A stretch of DNA of 63,062 nucleotides, filler included, from Rhabdomonas costata (GCA_019059605.1; 56 parts of 56 records of this genome joined end to end with filler, not necessarily neighbours in it); one strand, 5' to 3'; shown: positions 24,872 to 39,471, counted from the whole stretch's first letter. The notes: generated from the letters alone by a model not told the origin. Numbers and translations: made by a program.

Positions 24872-27800
24872 GGTGAGGGTCATAAGCGTCCTTACATGAC
24901 CCCTGATGCCGATTGCGAAATTGCCGAATCGTCACGGCCTGCTGCCGTCCTATGCGAACTGCGCCCGTTCCCTAAAAAAAAATTTCAGAAATTTTCGAGC
25001 TTGGAAAATATCGGCGTCCCTTCCTAACTCACCCTAACCGCCCTAACTCATCCCATCTCTGAAGTATTTTCTTGTCCCACACGGTCCATGCAACTGCTTT
25101 CACTCTGCTTAAGATCTTCAGCGGTTCTCCTGTTACCTTGTTCACTTCTTAACTTGCCACGAATTACCATGAAAGGGCAGTTCCGAAAAAAGTTCCTCTC
25201 CTCTCCTTTTCTCGTTGGTCCTTGTGCTCCTTCCTACACCATTCGGCGTGCTTTTGCACACAGTGCAGTTTTGGGACTCTGCAGACCCTCTTTCACCGCT
25301 GCATTGCTGCGAAAATTGCTGTGGAGTTTGTTTGGAAAAAAGTTGCAGTTTGTTTGTTGTTGTTTGATGTCTGTGTATTTGCTCCGGAATGGACACTGGC
25401 ACCCCGTGCACCTCCAGCAACGTTTTACCCGAGAAGCGGTAATGGTCGAGCCAGTCAGTCAAACAGGTCAGAAGGCAGAAAAAAGCCCAGCTTCCTTTTC
25501 CTCAGACTTGCATCGGGTTTTCTTTTCTTTGGCTTTCCTTGAAACTTACCTCTGACAGTCAAAGCAGTTGCCAAAGAAAAGAAGCTCCTTCCCTCTCCCC
25601 TTCGGGTGCCCTGCGCACGCACCGGTCAACCAAGACGTCAACATCCGCGGAGGGCGCCACCGCTTGCAGCCCGTGCTTTTCCGTGAAGAACTCGTTAAAG
25701 GTCTTTTCGAGGGCTCACTTTCATTGGCCTTGTGCACAAAGCGCCGAGAGGAAGTTCCAAAGAGAAACTTCCACCGAAACCTGGTGCCCACCTCAAAAAT
25801 GGTCATTTTGTGGGGCGAGGCTATTCAAAAAAAAAACNNNNNNNNNNNNNNNNNNNNNNNNNNNNNNNNNNNNNNNNNNNNTTAATTAATTAANNNNNNN
25901 NNNNNNNNNNNNNNNNNNNNNNNNNNNNNNNNNNNNNTGTCGGGTGTGTTTGGTGTTGTGGGTGGCACCCAGGTAGCACTTCTGGTGCCACTCGTAGTAC
26001 AGCGGTAGCTCCGCTGTAGACTTTCGGGAGCCCTCAGACACGACCTTAAGGAAAAGATATAACAGGGAAACAGGGTGTGAGGGCGGTTCCTGGGAACTCA
26101 GAATGGAGACATGACCTCACCGGACAAAAATCGTCCAACTCGGAAAACATCATACGGAAGTTACGGTCGGCATGGTGATATACCACAATCAACGTGAAGG
26201 TGAGTCATTTGCAGGAAATATCACAGGAAACACAAAGCGCCAAGGACTGAGCCTGTGAATCCGGAAAAGTGATTGCAACAAATCGACCATCCCGAACAAA
26301 AATACAACACCATTCGCAACGAGAGCACCCGCCCCCAATTTCATCTGAAATATCCTCAGTGCATCTCTTCGCTTGACTTAAACAAAAATGGTACGCCAGA
26401 AGGGCAGCACACCTGTCGCACCACAGAAGCCACTTCCTCCTTGCCAAGGCTGGGTGCACCCAGAAGCTTTCTCACAAACAAAACCTGAGAGTCGACAATT
26501 ACGTGCGAGTGGTGTGCGTGTGTGGGGGATGGTGGTGCAGAAGACCTAGCGCCGTCACAGAACTCCTCCAGCACACCTCAATAAGCAATCGCAATGTTGG
26601 TGGCGGCCACTATGTCTGGGACGTATGCAGACGCTCACCCAGCGAATCTGGCAATGAGCTGGGCAGAAGTTTGTAAGACCCCGCAAGGACAACAAAAATC
26701 ATCTGCACATCCACAAGACGGCCGTCTGGGGTGTGACGACGAAGCCACGATGTTCGGTGAGTTATGTGCGATGTGGCTGAAGTTATGCAAGACGCATGCG
26801 CCTGAATCGGGAAACCGGAGGCCCGTGAAGAGCCGCAAGAAAAAGCATGTGCGGCTTCTCCACACATCAATCTCATACTAGCGGTAAAGAAGAGGGAACA
26901 ACAGCCCATACGCAGACATGACAGGTCGACCCAGTGCCTCCAACCCCAACCAGGGCCCAACAACANNNNNNNNNNNNNNNNNNNNNNNNNNNNNNNNNNN
27001 NNNNNNNNNTTAATTAATTAANNNNNNNNNNNNNNNNNNNNNNNNNNNNNNNNNNNNNNNNNNNNGGGGGGGGGTGGCCCCCCTTCGCTCAACGCTGCAG
27101 TGATTGGGTCAGCGGTGGGGTCACTCGAGGGAATCCCCACCGGGGCGACGGAAACGGAGGGGAGACCTGTAGCGGATTCCGTTTCCATGGCTCCCGGACC
27201 TTCTGATGAAGCAGGAACAGTCCCGACCATGTCCGTCCCGGGAGAGTCGGTTGTGGGATTGTCCGAAGCGGCAGCCCCAGAGTGTGCACCTAAAGCGCGA
27301 AGGAGGGGAAGTAGCACCTTACAGTATCCCCCTCACATGAGAAGCAGTGTGAGGCAACAAAGTCGCCATCTCAGTGCATCAGAGGGCGTCTTGTAACGAA
27401 CCTCAGCTGCGAGGCAAGGTCCAAACAACCGTCCAGCCGTTGCAAAACAACGGATCCAGCATATGGGGTTAACCACAAATCTCCCACTTTTTTTTTTTTG
27501 CACTGTGCGGTAGTTTGTCGACCTAGCGAAGTTCACCGCGGGCAGCGCTTTGCAGCAGAACGTGGGGTTTGGTTTTGGCGTGCTGACCACCCAACTTGCC
27601 CTGCAGCACGTGCGCAATCCCTTACAGGGGAAGCCTAAGGAGTGAGCCTGCTTGAGGCGCGGGAGGGGGGCTCTTCATCGAGAGTAATAGCGTGGTGCAC
27701 GTTTATGGAGGGATTCTATTCCCGACTGAGGTTGCGAAAGAAGTGCGGAAATAAAGGAAGGCCCTGTCGGTAGAAGAGATTACGAGACAAAATGAGAGTT

Positions 27801-30800
27801 CGGTGCACTAACGGGTTGCCTCCCTAAGAATTCTTTGCCGACTATGTGGGTATTCAGGTTACGCAGGTGGCTTTCCAAAAACGGCGTACGCAGGCAACGC
27901 GGTGAACGATGTTTTGGAATTCCTCCCTTGCCACTATTATATGCAGATACACCGTTTAGGCATGAAACTTTTCAGGTCAACATGGTCTTGGGGACTGGGC
28001 CCGATTTTTACACTTGTTTTTTTTTAATATAGCGATATTGAAAAATGAAAGTCGTGGACAGATCGCTGAAAAATCGAATCCTCTCCTTGAGCGNNNNNNN
28101 NNNNNNNNNNNNNNNNNNNNNNNNNNNNNNNNNNNNNTTAATTAATTAANNNNNNNNNNNNNNNNNNNNNNNNNNNNNNNNNNNNNNNNNNNNTCCCCCA
28201 TTCTCCCCCAGCAACGTTCTCTCCCCAGCCGACTACTACACGGCCGCCGCGGGCTCGTCTCCGTTTTGGTGGCAGAAGCCCGAGGACTTATGGTGCAGCA
28301 GAGACCGGATCCTCTGCTTTAGAAACACCTGCATGGCCACGTATACCGTCCACATACTCTTAGATAACCCAATCCCCCCATTGAGGCAGTGGGAAGCGCG
28401 TTGCTATGGTGAGGCCAGGGTGGCGCCACCGTGTCCAGCGATCACTACAGCAGAAGCACCACCAACTAGCAAACAGAGGTCCGCACGGAGGACCGAAAAA
28501 AGGAGAACCGAATAAACCAGACACCAAAGCAAGGGAAACCAACCAGAACTAACGACAAAAGAAAGAAAGGCTAACCCAGATTAACAAAGTAACCAAATTA
28601 AGAAACGGTTATAACACCAAAAAGCACTGAAGAGCCAAAAGAAACAATGCTGCAGCCAACAAAGCATAACGCCAGCAGGAGAGCGAGCCCAGACAAGCCC
28701 AAAGTAAAGAAGTAACACAGCACGAAACGTCTCAAATGAAAGGTTAAGAACTTGTGCAAAAGACAGAAAATCTATAAAGTCTTTACTGTTATGTGGGTAA
28801 GGTGGGTTTTAGCTCCCCACGTTTCTCGTACAGAGGTGTGGGTCAGTGGTACAAGCTTTCAAGTAGAACTAGGCAAAAAGTGAGAAAAATCTGGCAGAAG
28901 AGAATTGTGTGCTATAGCCATGTTGACGATCTGACATTCGATTGTAAAAGCCCACAACTGACACACGCGAGTAACGTTGTTCATGCCTGGCTGATGGGCT
29001 TGATGAAGCTTAACACAGTTCCCCGCTTACTGCGAATCTATCTTTCGCCTTTTACTAAAGATAGCCGTTGGCTGGGGAACACGATGTGTTACATCAATTT
29101 TTGGAACCTTTCTTTTACTTCAACACCATTCCAAAAAAGCCAAGAAAGAAACTGTGCCCATTGTTGCGCAGGTGTCCACCCAGGGTTGAGGGTAGGACAA
29201 AAGCAGGCCGGACAAACCAACNNNNNNNNNNNNNNNNNNNNNNNNNNNNNNNNNNNNNNNNNNNNTTAATTAATTAANNNNNNNNNNNNNNNNNNNNNNN
29301 NNNNNNNNNNNNNNNNNNNNNTGCTCCTAAAGACCTCCCGAACCGCGACCGACACATTGTAGCCCCTTTGGCAGCTCAGGTCAGAGGGCTGGTGAACGCT
29401 CACTCCCTTTTGGTGTACTCTGACTGCTTGATGCCGATGCTCTGTACAGGCTTGCCCTATGTTGTGCTCTCTCTCTCACTCTCAAAAAAAAATGCCCGGG
29501 CCACCTTCAATGTGAGAGGTGAAAAGTGCTCCTAAAGCACCACCGTTTAGACTTGCAACTGGGGTTTAGGAATGACATTCGAATCTCGGCACAGATGCGT
29601 TCAAAATGTGCGGGTAACCGCTGTTAATATTCGCGTTTGAGTGTGACGGCGCGCCGAGCGGCAGGTGAAACCTTGAGTACAGCTCATCCGATGCAGGGAA
29701 ACCGTGTCGCGGAGGAGCAGGCTGACAGAAAAAGATAAACCAGGTATGAAAAGAATACATCCAGATAAACATCCATACCGCTGCGGTCGGACGAAAGCAG
29801 ACTACTATCCAGGAGAAGCAGAACGGAAAAACTCGCGTTGACCTGATCATTGCCGCTTTATAAGAAGTCAGCCTTTGAAAAAGCCATGACCAGAGCAACA
29901 AGCAGCCAGAAACGCTATATATATTTTGCTGAAGTTGACCTGACGTTGAAGGACTCAGTAAATAAATTCATGATGACAAGAGCGGAGCGAGAAAAAGAAA
30001 GGCGAAAGCGGTGCAAGGTGAAGTGAGGACCGAATACCGGGCGGGGTTCCCTGTGAATGTCCTGCTGCGGTTCCCTGTGAGCCCACGTGCCGTCTGCTGC
30101 TGTCGTTGTTGCTGTTGCTGTTACTGTTGCTGGGGCAGGCTGAGCGGCCTCCTCACCTCCGCCCCCGCGGACAGCCGCCCGGGACGGGGTCATCACCACA
30201 GGCCTCAGGGCCCCATCAGTTGGGTCTCTCTCCACGACCCACACCTTGTGCCCGTTGGCCACCACAGTGATCTGATCCCCAGAAGGGGTGCTGTCCGCGG
30301 GGGCGGAGGACTTTTTCGAGACAGGCGAAGAGACGGCAGCAGGGAGAGGNNNNNNNNNNNNNNNNNNNNNNNNNNNNNNNNNNNNNNNNNNNNTTAATTA
30401 ATTAANNNNNNNNNNNNNNNNNNNNNNNNNNNNNNNNNNNNNNNNNNNNGTGGGTTGCTGGCTGAAAAGCCAATTCCTGTAAATTCTTATGGGTGCTTCT
30501 CTAGCTCAAGATTGTGGGAAAATGAGATAAAGCTGCAAGCTGTTGTAACAATTTCTTCCCTCCGAGAGCATTGCCTTTTTTATTTTAACCTCGCTTGTTT
30601 GCCTTGGGCTAGTTTGTCCCTCTCCCAAATTCCCAATTCAGTTTTGCATAACCGCGCGAAGGCCAGTGCCGCGAAGGCCAAACACCTGAGCGCCATACAT
30701 GTTCCCCTGGAATTGCAACAGAAACCCAGCAGGGGTTTGGGTGCGGTGTACGTATGAGTACGTCGGAAACAGTTACGTTGGCTTCGCTGCACCGCTTCTC

Positions 30801-32230
30801 ACCTTACCTGTCCTCCGTTGGTTTTCTCTCGCCGTTGTGGACCAACCGGAACAGGTTGCACTACCCTTACCAATCCGTCGTGAGGATCCTTCCTTACATT
30901 GGGAGGGGGATTCAACGAATGAATTTGTGTGTTTGGAACAAAGCTCCCAGCCTCTGCGGCCCTACCGGTTCACTTAGTGATCCGTGACGCTGCTGGCTGG
31001 AAGAAGGTGCTTCACAGTGTGCTCTTTTTTCTATTAGGTCTCCGTGCTTTCCGGGGAAGGGAAGTCACGCTGTGGGCTTCCCGGGGAGGACCTGCTGGCT
31101 TGCCAGGTGCTCAGCACGGCCCCTCTCGCATTTCGGGACCCCAACCCCGGCCGCTCACCCGTCTTCCAGGGCTCGTACTCCGTGAAGCATCAGGCGCGCC
31201 TGTTGGGGATCGGAGGGCTGGGCCTTACAGAATTAATGTCACAAACATTAAACATTAAACGATAAAAAGTTGATAAAATGTTAGTTGCCGCTTTTTTCGT
31301 TCCTGACGTCGGCTTTTGCTGTGTTTTTGGCATACGCGCCAGATGACTTGACACCCCTTTACTCGTTTTGTGGCTGCCCAGGGCCGCTCCAAAGGACCTC
31401 AAACTTCAAAATGCATGTGGCACAGCAAAACAGCTTTGGCAGGTCAGTAAATTTGGTAGCTCAGTTACTTACAAAAANNNNNNNNNNNNNNNNNNNNNNN
31501 NNNNNNNNNNNNNNNNNNNNNTTAATTAATTAANNNNNNNNNNNNNNNNNNNNNNNNNNNNNNNNNNNNNNNNNNNNATTGAGGTGTTCTTGATCGTACC
31601 CATTTACAAGAGCAAGGATGGGGATGACGGACCTGTTTGGTTTTTTGGTTTCTGCCGCAGACGCTATGCTGCGATGACTTTTGTATGGGTAGCGGTGGTG
31701 TCCTCCCTTTACAATGAGAAAGCCCCTGCTGGGCCTGTTGGTCGCAGTTTTCTTTCTCAGCGTGTGGTATGTCCCCCGTTCTGATCTGCTATTCCAAAGT
31801 CAGGAAGTGGAGGACCGATTTTTGCGCAGCTGGGGGGGCATACCCGACTGGAGTGAACAGTAGCCCATGTACACTGTCATGTTCTGCATATTGTGCTCTG
31901 GATTGTGTTTCGATTATCTTTTGTGTTCTGTCACCATGGTTTTTATGTGAACCATAATCCTTTCCGATTGCTGGAACGCTGAAACCGGGACGGTTTACGT
32001 TAAAGACGATGGAGCTAAAACTTTTGGCCGGACATAATTGTTGCGAGTAATTTCAAAAAGAAAAAAGACACTCGTTGACAGGGCAGGACATGGGTTTGTG
32101 GTGAAGAAGAACCGCAATGAAGCCCGTTAGGTTTTCGTGTTGACTGCCGTTTGGTGGTAACCGATCTATGCGTGACACACCGGTATGCTACTCGATCGGA
32201 GAATGGATGACGGTTGGTTGGTTTATCAGG

Positions 32231-32416
32231 TTGATTGCGCCGCCTTCGGAGGGTGACCCTGGGCCAGAGGTTCCTCCATTCGACATTCCGCCAGTGACTG
32301 GACCAACTGGACTTCCCCTTCAGGAGATGCCCAATTCGACGGCTGGGTTCGCCAGTGAGCTCGCAGGAAGGCCGCTCTTTGCTGCGAACGTCACAGTTGG
32401 CACAGTCCCCCAAACC
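32231..32416 (+). CDS. Possible exon of a pepsin-like (A1) aspartic protease N-terminal region
   Basis: Ends LFAANVTVGTVPQT, resembling Y.ANITIGTPPQ.F; the DTG motif was not seen, so the call is weak. Confidence 0.3.
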
Positions 32417-35400
32417 GTTTCGCCTTCATCCCGCCCGGGCACCAGGGGCGGTGCTTTGCTGTCCTTGCCTGCGCTGCCCTCACCAGGGGGCGATGGTTTT
32501 CCAGATGTGCATGGTAGGTGCCTTTGCGAATAGCTTGTCCCTCGTCCTCCTTCACTGCAAGTGCAACGTTGTGGACGAGGGACAAGCTATTCGCAAAGGC
32601 ACCTANNNNNNNNNNNNNNNNNNNNNNNNNNNNNNNNNNNNNNNNNNNNTTAATTAATTAANNNNNNNNNNNNNNNNNNNNNNNNNNNNNNNNNNNNNNN
32701 NNNNNGGCAAAAGCCCGCCACAGCAACGCACGGGGAGAACAAACACAGAAGCCGGAAAGACGAAGCCCGGAAAAACACGGGGCACCGACTTGGACATAGG
32801 CGCTGCAACCTTGTTTGCCCTTTCCGGCAAGACTTTCCTTAAGCACCATCCGAATCTCAGAGACTGTTGGAATGAGGATGGCGTCGCCTCCTAACCCGCA
32901 CCTGCTTCGCCTGAAAACCCCCGGCCGTCTTCCTAAACGCGGTCCCGCAGGGGGGTGCTGAAAGGAAAGCGTTGCTGGGGGAGTAAGATTTCCAAACACC
33001 AGCATCATTTCAAGCCTCTCTGTTTCAACCCCACGGGACCCGTGCATCGCCTCTAACCCCCTGATCAAGCCGCTGTTAGAATCACAGTGGACGCTTGCAT
33101 CGCCACCTAGCCCCCAGCAAAAGCTTCAATTAGAATCCCAGGACCTCCTAACCCATGCAATGTCCAGAAGGGGCCCATAAAAGCTCAAGTTCACAGCCCG
33201 AACAGGGTGGACCCACCTTATGGTGGGCATAAATACACTTGATAGGGGGGGCATAAATGCACTACCGCCGGTCCTGTTGGCCTCCCCTTATTTTTTGCGG
33301 CAGATTGCCCGAAAGTCACTTTCGAACCAGCATTCAGCATGCGCCACCTGTTTTGCAGAGTTTTGGAATTGGAATGCGGCGTATGCTCGTCGGACATAGT
33401 CCATTTTTAAGGCGACCGTGATACGCGTCACAAAAGCAGCCGCGTGGTCTCTCTTTCCTTTTAACTGCGTATGCTGCGAGCACTGAGCTTATGTATCACA
33501 CACAACCTCTTGTTGCAACCCTTAGATCTGGAGGGACAGTCCCAGACGCTCCCAAACCGATCAGTTTAGCGTACAGGACAAACAGGATCACAGTCCGTGG
33601 CGGTCAAGTACAGCAAAAGCAGAAGCTGAAGCTGAGCAAGGACAAGAAGAAGCAGAAGAAGAGGATGGTGATGATATGTTGCTCTCTATCTTTCTGGTGG
33701 TTGCCCCCATCAAGATAGAGAGCAACAACACANNNNNNNNNNNNNNNNNNNNNNNNNNNNNNNNNNNNNNNNNNNNTTAATTAATTAANNNNNNNNNNNN
33801 NNNNNNNNNNNNNNNNNNNNNNNNNNNNNNNNCCACGCGAGGCAAAGCCCCATCCAGCAATACCATCACCTAACCCAGCACCGAAATGGCGCATGCAACA
33901 CTGTCGCACTCATACCCATAGAAGCACACACATAGCAAAAAATGACTCGGCCGTGGAAGCTATCCCACCTCCCTCAAGGTCTCAGGTCCACCCGAAGAAC
34001 ACCCGCACACGCACACTGCACCTAAATCCTGTGACTGGTGAGGAATCGACATTGCCCAAACAAACGTGCACCAACCAGAGTTTACGCAAGGAATCCCCAA
34101 CACCAATCTCTCAATACCGCCCACGCGTGTGACACGGGAGATCCAGCACTAGTGCAACTGCGACACCAAACCCTGGCCGAAACCAAGCCCCGACTACCTA
34201 CACGAAATGAGAAGCAAGCTACAATTATGAGACCGAGAGATCCAGACTACGTGCACGAACCACGATCCTTTCCAGCTCGCCAGTATAATGCAGCCACCAA
34301 CCAATCCATGAACCCATGAACTGCAGTGGCTTGAAGCCGACAGAGACCAGGTGCGACAGATATCGAGACTGCGGTAGAACCAAATAACCCAACTAACCAG
34401 CATCACATGATTCCCAACGACTTGAACGACGAATACACACGGATGAACAGGACAGCAACGGATGTATCGGGCGCGCCGACGAATGCATGCACCTTCGCCA
34501 GACACTGTAGACCGCAAGCATGTCCGTGGCCGTCCCGCCCCACCCCACTTTCAGGATTGCTGCGAGAAGGCGATTGTCAACTCACATTAGATATATTACG
34601 AAAAGCACAGCGTCAATGGGTCGCAACAACTTGTGACACAGTTATAGAATGATGTGGAATTCCGTTTCTGTTGTGCCTGCAACCATACAAGAGGATCAAA
34701 AATAACAAGGGGACACGGTTCCCCCGCATATCATTCGCGGGAAGCATGCTCGTTCTGTTCACCACAAGAAAGTCACGCATCCAGGGAAGCGGACCCCTGA
34801 ATGCCGATAACCCGACATTACATAAGCCAACGCGTGACCTGGTATACCGTACCACAACCCNNNNNNNNNNNNNNNNNNNNNNNNNNNNNNNNNNNNNNNN
34901 NNNNTTAATTAATTAANNNNNNNNNNNNNNNNNNNNNNNNNNNNNNNNNNNNNNNNNNNNGGGTTTGTGCGATGTAAGTCTCAAGTGTTACTTACAAGTC
35001 TGATTCTGTATGCCGACCATTACTGTACTACCGACGGGGGACGTTGTGTGATGTTGCACATCCATGAAAAGAACAAGCTGTCCAAATTTGTGTAAAAATA
35101 CAAGTGATCACAGAGGTTTTGACACATGTTGTATTCAAAAACTGCCCAGCAGGGTATTGAAAATGGTAGGGACGGAATTTTAGGGATTTTATGTAATGCG
35201 GAGCATAAATTGCCTGCACTTTCATCCCTTACCAACAATGGACACGCGTATGCCAAAAAATGTTCGAAGTGACCCATTTTGGGGCGCAAGTAGCAAATAT
35301 GCACTGCAAAGGGTGCAAAAAATGTCCTACTGGCCCGATTTGTCCTACCGTGGGGTTGGGGGTGTCCACTTCACCTCACTATATAGTTGATCGGGGCTTC

Positions 35401-36416
35401 TTATCTTTATTTTGTTTGCCGCAACCCCTGAGAACCACAGTTCGCAGACAGCTCACAAGAATTTCAAAAAGGGTATACCCCTTATCCTTTTTATTATTCT
35501 ACCCTGTGAACTGCTGTGAACTGTTGTGCACCGTGAAAAACTTCGTTTCGAGCTCTGTGAACTGTCTGTGAACTGTATAGATCAGGGGTAAAAACTCCAT
35601 TTCATGTTCTTGTCTCAGATTTCCAACACGAGAAATGCCGCCTGGAGAGTCCAATGTGGCCCTTTTTCTGTTCACTGTCGCACAGGGAATTGTTTGGAGA
35701 GAGGGCACCTGCCCATCTCGTTATTTGCAAGGGCTATGTCAAAACCACTCCATCCTGGGCTTCCCACGGCAACACGGGCTATGATCCTCTTTTTAGTTAA
35801 AACGTGAAGCAAACCAAACCATCTTGTTTTTGAAAATAACTGGTACTCCCTGGTGATCCCTGGTGTTCCCTGGTATTTCCCCGATCTCTTTTGCAGTAGG
35901 GATACAACTGTGACCTGTGACAAACCTCTCTGATTTTTCACGTTTGACGGGTTTTCTCAATTTTGGCCTATTATTGAGAAAACCCCCANNNNNNNNNNNN
36001 NNNNNNNNNNNNNNNNNNNNNNNNNNNNNNNNTTAATTAATTAANNNNNNNNNNNNNNNNNNNNNNNNNNNNNNNNNNNNNNNNNNNNTGTGGTTTGTAT
36101 GTCTGTGTTTCCGAAGTGTAGGGTCACAGAAATCGGGGTCCCGGGATTCGTCAGAGCCGCGGGTCCGAAATGAAAAACCCGAATTTCCACTGCGGGTGTC
36201 CGCCATGGGCTTGACTAGGGGTTGCGTCTGTTGAGGGTAGGTGGGATCGAAAAAAATTGCCCAAAAAGAAGCAGAAGAAACATACGCGCACCGGGTGAAG
36301 GAAAGAAAAGTGGGAAGAAATGAGGAAAGTCGAATTTTTGGCAAAGTGGTCGGAATCGTGGATCACGAAAACCACAATATTTTCAGGAAAGAAGTAGAAA
36401 ATGGACGGTGGATGTC

Positions 36417-37116
36417 CTAGAGGGGAAAGGTTTTGAAGGAAACTGGTGCATTGCTGTGGCAAATGGAAAAGCACAACAGGGGTGAGACGTGGCCGATGTG
36501 ACGACGATGTGGGAAATAATACGCGACGGCAGCGATGAAGCCTGATTGGCAGGGGGCAGCATCACAGAACATCACGGGCATGCACACGGGAGGGGGGAGC
36601 ACGCGACAGATTAGAGGTCTCACAGATGAGAGGCATGCGATGAGCAAAGTGTGCCAAATACTGCGAGGAAGGAGAGCTGGAAAGCGTGGCTGGAGAAGGA
36701 GCTGATAACTGGAGGCGAGAAATGTCGCAGAAAGATAACACGTGGCAAGGAACCATTGCAGGAACCCGAGGAGGCGTTGCAAACATCGAGCGGAGAGGCG
36801 ACGGCAAAGAAGAAACCAGAGATGTTGAAGAGCCATAGCAATGCGAGAGGGAGTGTTGGAGACAGTGTCAAGCCAAGTGATGGACTGCGTTGGAACAAAC
36901 TCGGATTTATGGTTCAACTGAAGACCTGCAGATGTAATGAGATGCTCACAGTAGTGTGTGACGTAGGAAAGGAAGTGAGGATTGGCACACGAAAGAAGAA
37001 TCTCATCAAGATACTGAAAGAAGAGAAGTGAGCCACCAGAAAGGAGAGGATTTAGGGGAGAGAGTATGCGTGTGAGAGTGTGTTGTGCAAGGAAAGGAGA
37101 CCAGTACCACCCCAAC
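36417..37116 (-). mobile_element. DIRS/Ngaro-like (tyrosine-recombinase class) retrotransposon RT-RNase H fragment, probably defective
   Basis: GWYWSPFLAQ (the PFGW..SP motif), QYLDEILL (YxDD site, here YLDE), GLQLNHKSEFVPTQSITWL, LQRLLGFLQW, then MFCDAA (first RNase H acidic motif). Confidence 0.8.
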
Positions 37117-37396
37117 NNNNNNNNNNNNNNNNNNNNNNNNNNNNNNNNNNNNNNNNNNNNTTAATTAATTAANNNNNNNNNNNNNNNNNNNNNNNNNNNN
37201 NNNNNNNNNNNNNNNNTGTTGGTGTGTGTACTATTGGCATTTCGGTCGTCTCACTCAGACGGCGGTAAAACAACCTGGGAGCACACTGACAGTCTATGGC
37301 TTTCAAACAGCTTCGACGACCGAAATGCCAATAGTACACACACCAAATACCACGCGGGACACAATGCACCCAGCAAGGCAAGGCGGAGAGGCACAC

Positions 37397-38220
37397 CCAG
37401 TTTTTGCGGAGACGCAGCTGGTACAGCTCACGCTCCCTGTCCTGGTTGGCACGGTGCAACTCCACGTCGGGGTGAACGAAGGGTAGTCCTCGGGCCGTGA
37501 GGAAGGCCTGGGTGGGCTCCAGCAACCGCATCCCCTGCGCCGCGGCCTCGCGCAGCCGCGGAAGCTGAAAAAAACCCGAGACGATGAGACCCAGAGAGAG
37601 AGAAAGACCCTGTGTCAGTGTAGGAGCGAGATGGGGCGAAGAATTTGGCCAATTTATTCAACCTGATCAACCACCACCACCAACTTGAGCAATTTCTACA
37701 CTTCATCTTTTGACGTGTTATTGCACACAGAAGCCATGCGTCCGTCCTCGGCGACCGGAAGGCATCCACAACTGGTTTCCTTTCAGCAAAGAAAGCGTGG
37801 GGAACCAGACCACTGCATTTCGACGGACCTTAACCCTAACCCCAAGAAAAGAACGAGAGAAGAGTTCCAAACCCCTTCCTCCAGCTCCTGGCTTTGCTGC
37901 AGCAGCCGTGCCAGTTGCTCGTCGTACTGGTCTGCGGTGGGGTCAAGCCGCTCCAACGCCGCCCTGCACAAGCCCACACCCGCACCTCGCCAATGCACAT
38001 TTCACCGCACTGAGAGGTGCCATTCATTGGAGTGATCGGAGAGAAGTATTGGCAAAGGAGGCGCCCGAGGGGCAGGAGAGATGGAGTCGGTTCACCCGAA
38101 CACACACTCACACGAATGACACGAACGCACTTCTTGGCCTCCTGGAGCTCGGCGATCTTCGTGGTGATGTCCCGTAGCAAGAGGGCCTTCTTATGGAGGT
38201 ACTCCCCGTGGCCCATGTAC
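37397..38220 (-). CDS. Three exons of an unknown, partly coiled-coil protein (to 38131; 37963-37873; 37564-37397)
   Basis: Two GT-AG introns join in frame: YMGHGEYLHKKALLLRDITTKIAELQEAKKAALERLDPTADQYDEQLARLLQQSQELEEGLPRLREAAAQGMRLLEPTQAFL...LRKNW. Confidence 0.7.
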
Positions 38221-39471
38221 CACCCCCACCAAACACACCCCACANNNNNNNNNNNNNNNNNNNNNNNNNNNNNNNNNNNNNNNNNNNNTTAATTAATTAA
38301 NNNNNNNNNNNNNNNNNNNNNNNNNNNNNNNNNNNNNNNNNNNNTGTTTGTTGAAAGTACGTTATAGACGCAGTATGATGTTTAGTTGATGTGGAGTTCA
38401 ATTTCAAATTTTGTGTTCGTGTGAGCTTGTTTTTTGTGCAGTCTGTATCCTTCTTTTTTGAGAAAGCCTCAGCGGAATGTTACTGATTTGTAAACTCTGT
38501 GTCTGCGTCTAGAGTTTGTTTGATGTAATATGGTCTGATTGATACTCTAAATCAAAGTGGTTTTTACGTTGTGCAACTAACTCATGGATTTGATGATGAA
38601 TGTGCCTAAAAGACAATTGATTTTGAATGTTTTGTTTTGGTGGGGTGGGCTGCTGCTCGGTCTCTTGTGTTTGGGAATCAATGATCCAATACTTTATCGG
38701 TAGCGTCTATGTTTTTATGGATGTAAGTGAGATACTGCGGCTGCTCAGTCACTCTACAGAATGATGGCATCGATCGCAGTTCTTGTCTCGACTATTGGGG
38801 CTTATATGCTAGCTGGATTTGTGCATGAACTGTGAACTGTATGAACTGTAAAGGATGTGGCTGGGTTCTCATCGGGATTACCGCTGAAGCTTTTTCTAGT
38901 GTAAATAATTAATCAAAACTTCCCATATGCGTCGAAATTCTGCTTCAAAACTATGGATACTGGTGCGTACTTTGAGTCATTTGGATCGATTTCTTGAAGC
39001 TGGTGTCCAGAAAAATGCGGTTGTCTGTTCCAGGAACTTGCAAAAACTGGCTGTGATTGTTGTGATTCTTCCACATCTTGTAGACACTCTATTTTTGTTC
39101 CATTGAAATAAATGGTCTGTACCTACTTTGGTCTTAAAGTAACAACCATCGGTGAGTTTCGGAGGTGGGATTTCCATGCATTCGTGCTGGTTGTCGTGGC
39201 CTGTTTTCTTGTGAGAGTGCACCACACGTCTGAGAACAGTGCTGTAGTACAATCAGTGTCATTGCCAATGCTGCACACGTTTTAGGTTACGTGCAGAGTT
39301 TTTTCCATCATAGCTTCCTTAATGTGTTTCTTTTTTATGTGATTGCATTTCACAAACATACACAAACAAACNNNNNNNNNNNNNNNNNNNNNNNNNNNNN
39401 NNNNNNNNNNNNNNNTTAATTAATTAANNNNNNNNNNNNNNNNNNNNNNNNNNNNNNNNNNNNNNNNNNNN

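Noticed and set aside
30156-30309. 20-bp inverted repeat (CCTCCGCCCCCGCGGACAGC) with a loop of about 115 nt
   Set aside because: Near a contig end in amplified DNA, with no target-site duplication or second copy; indistinguishable from a chimera.
33833-34860. Possible degenerate tyrosine recombinase or DIRS remnant on the minus strand (LIIVACFSFRVG)
   Set aside because: One weak motif, many stops, and no HxxR or catalytic Tyr found.
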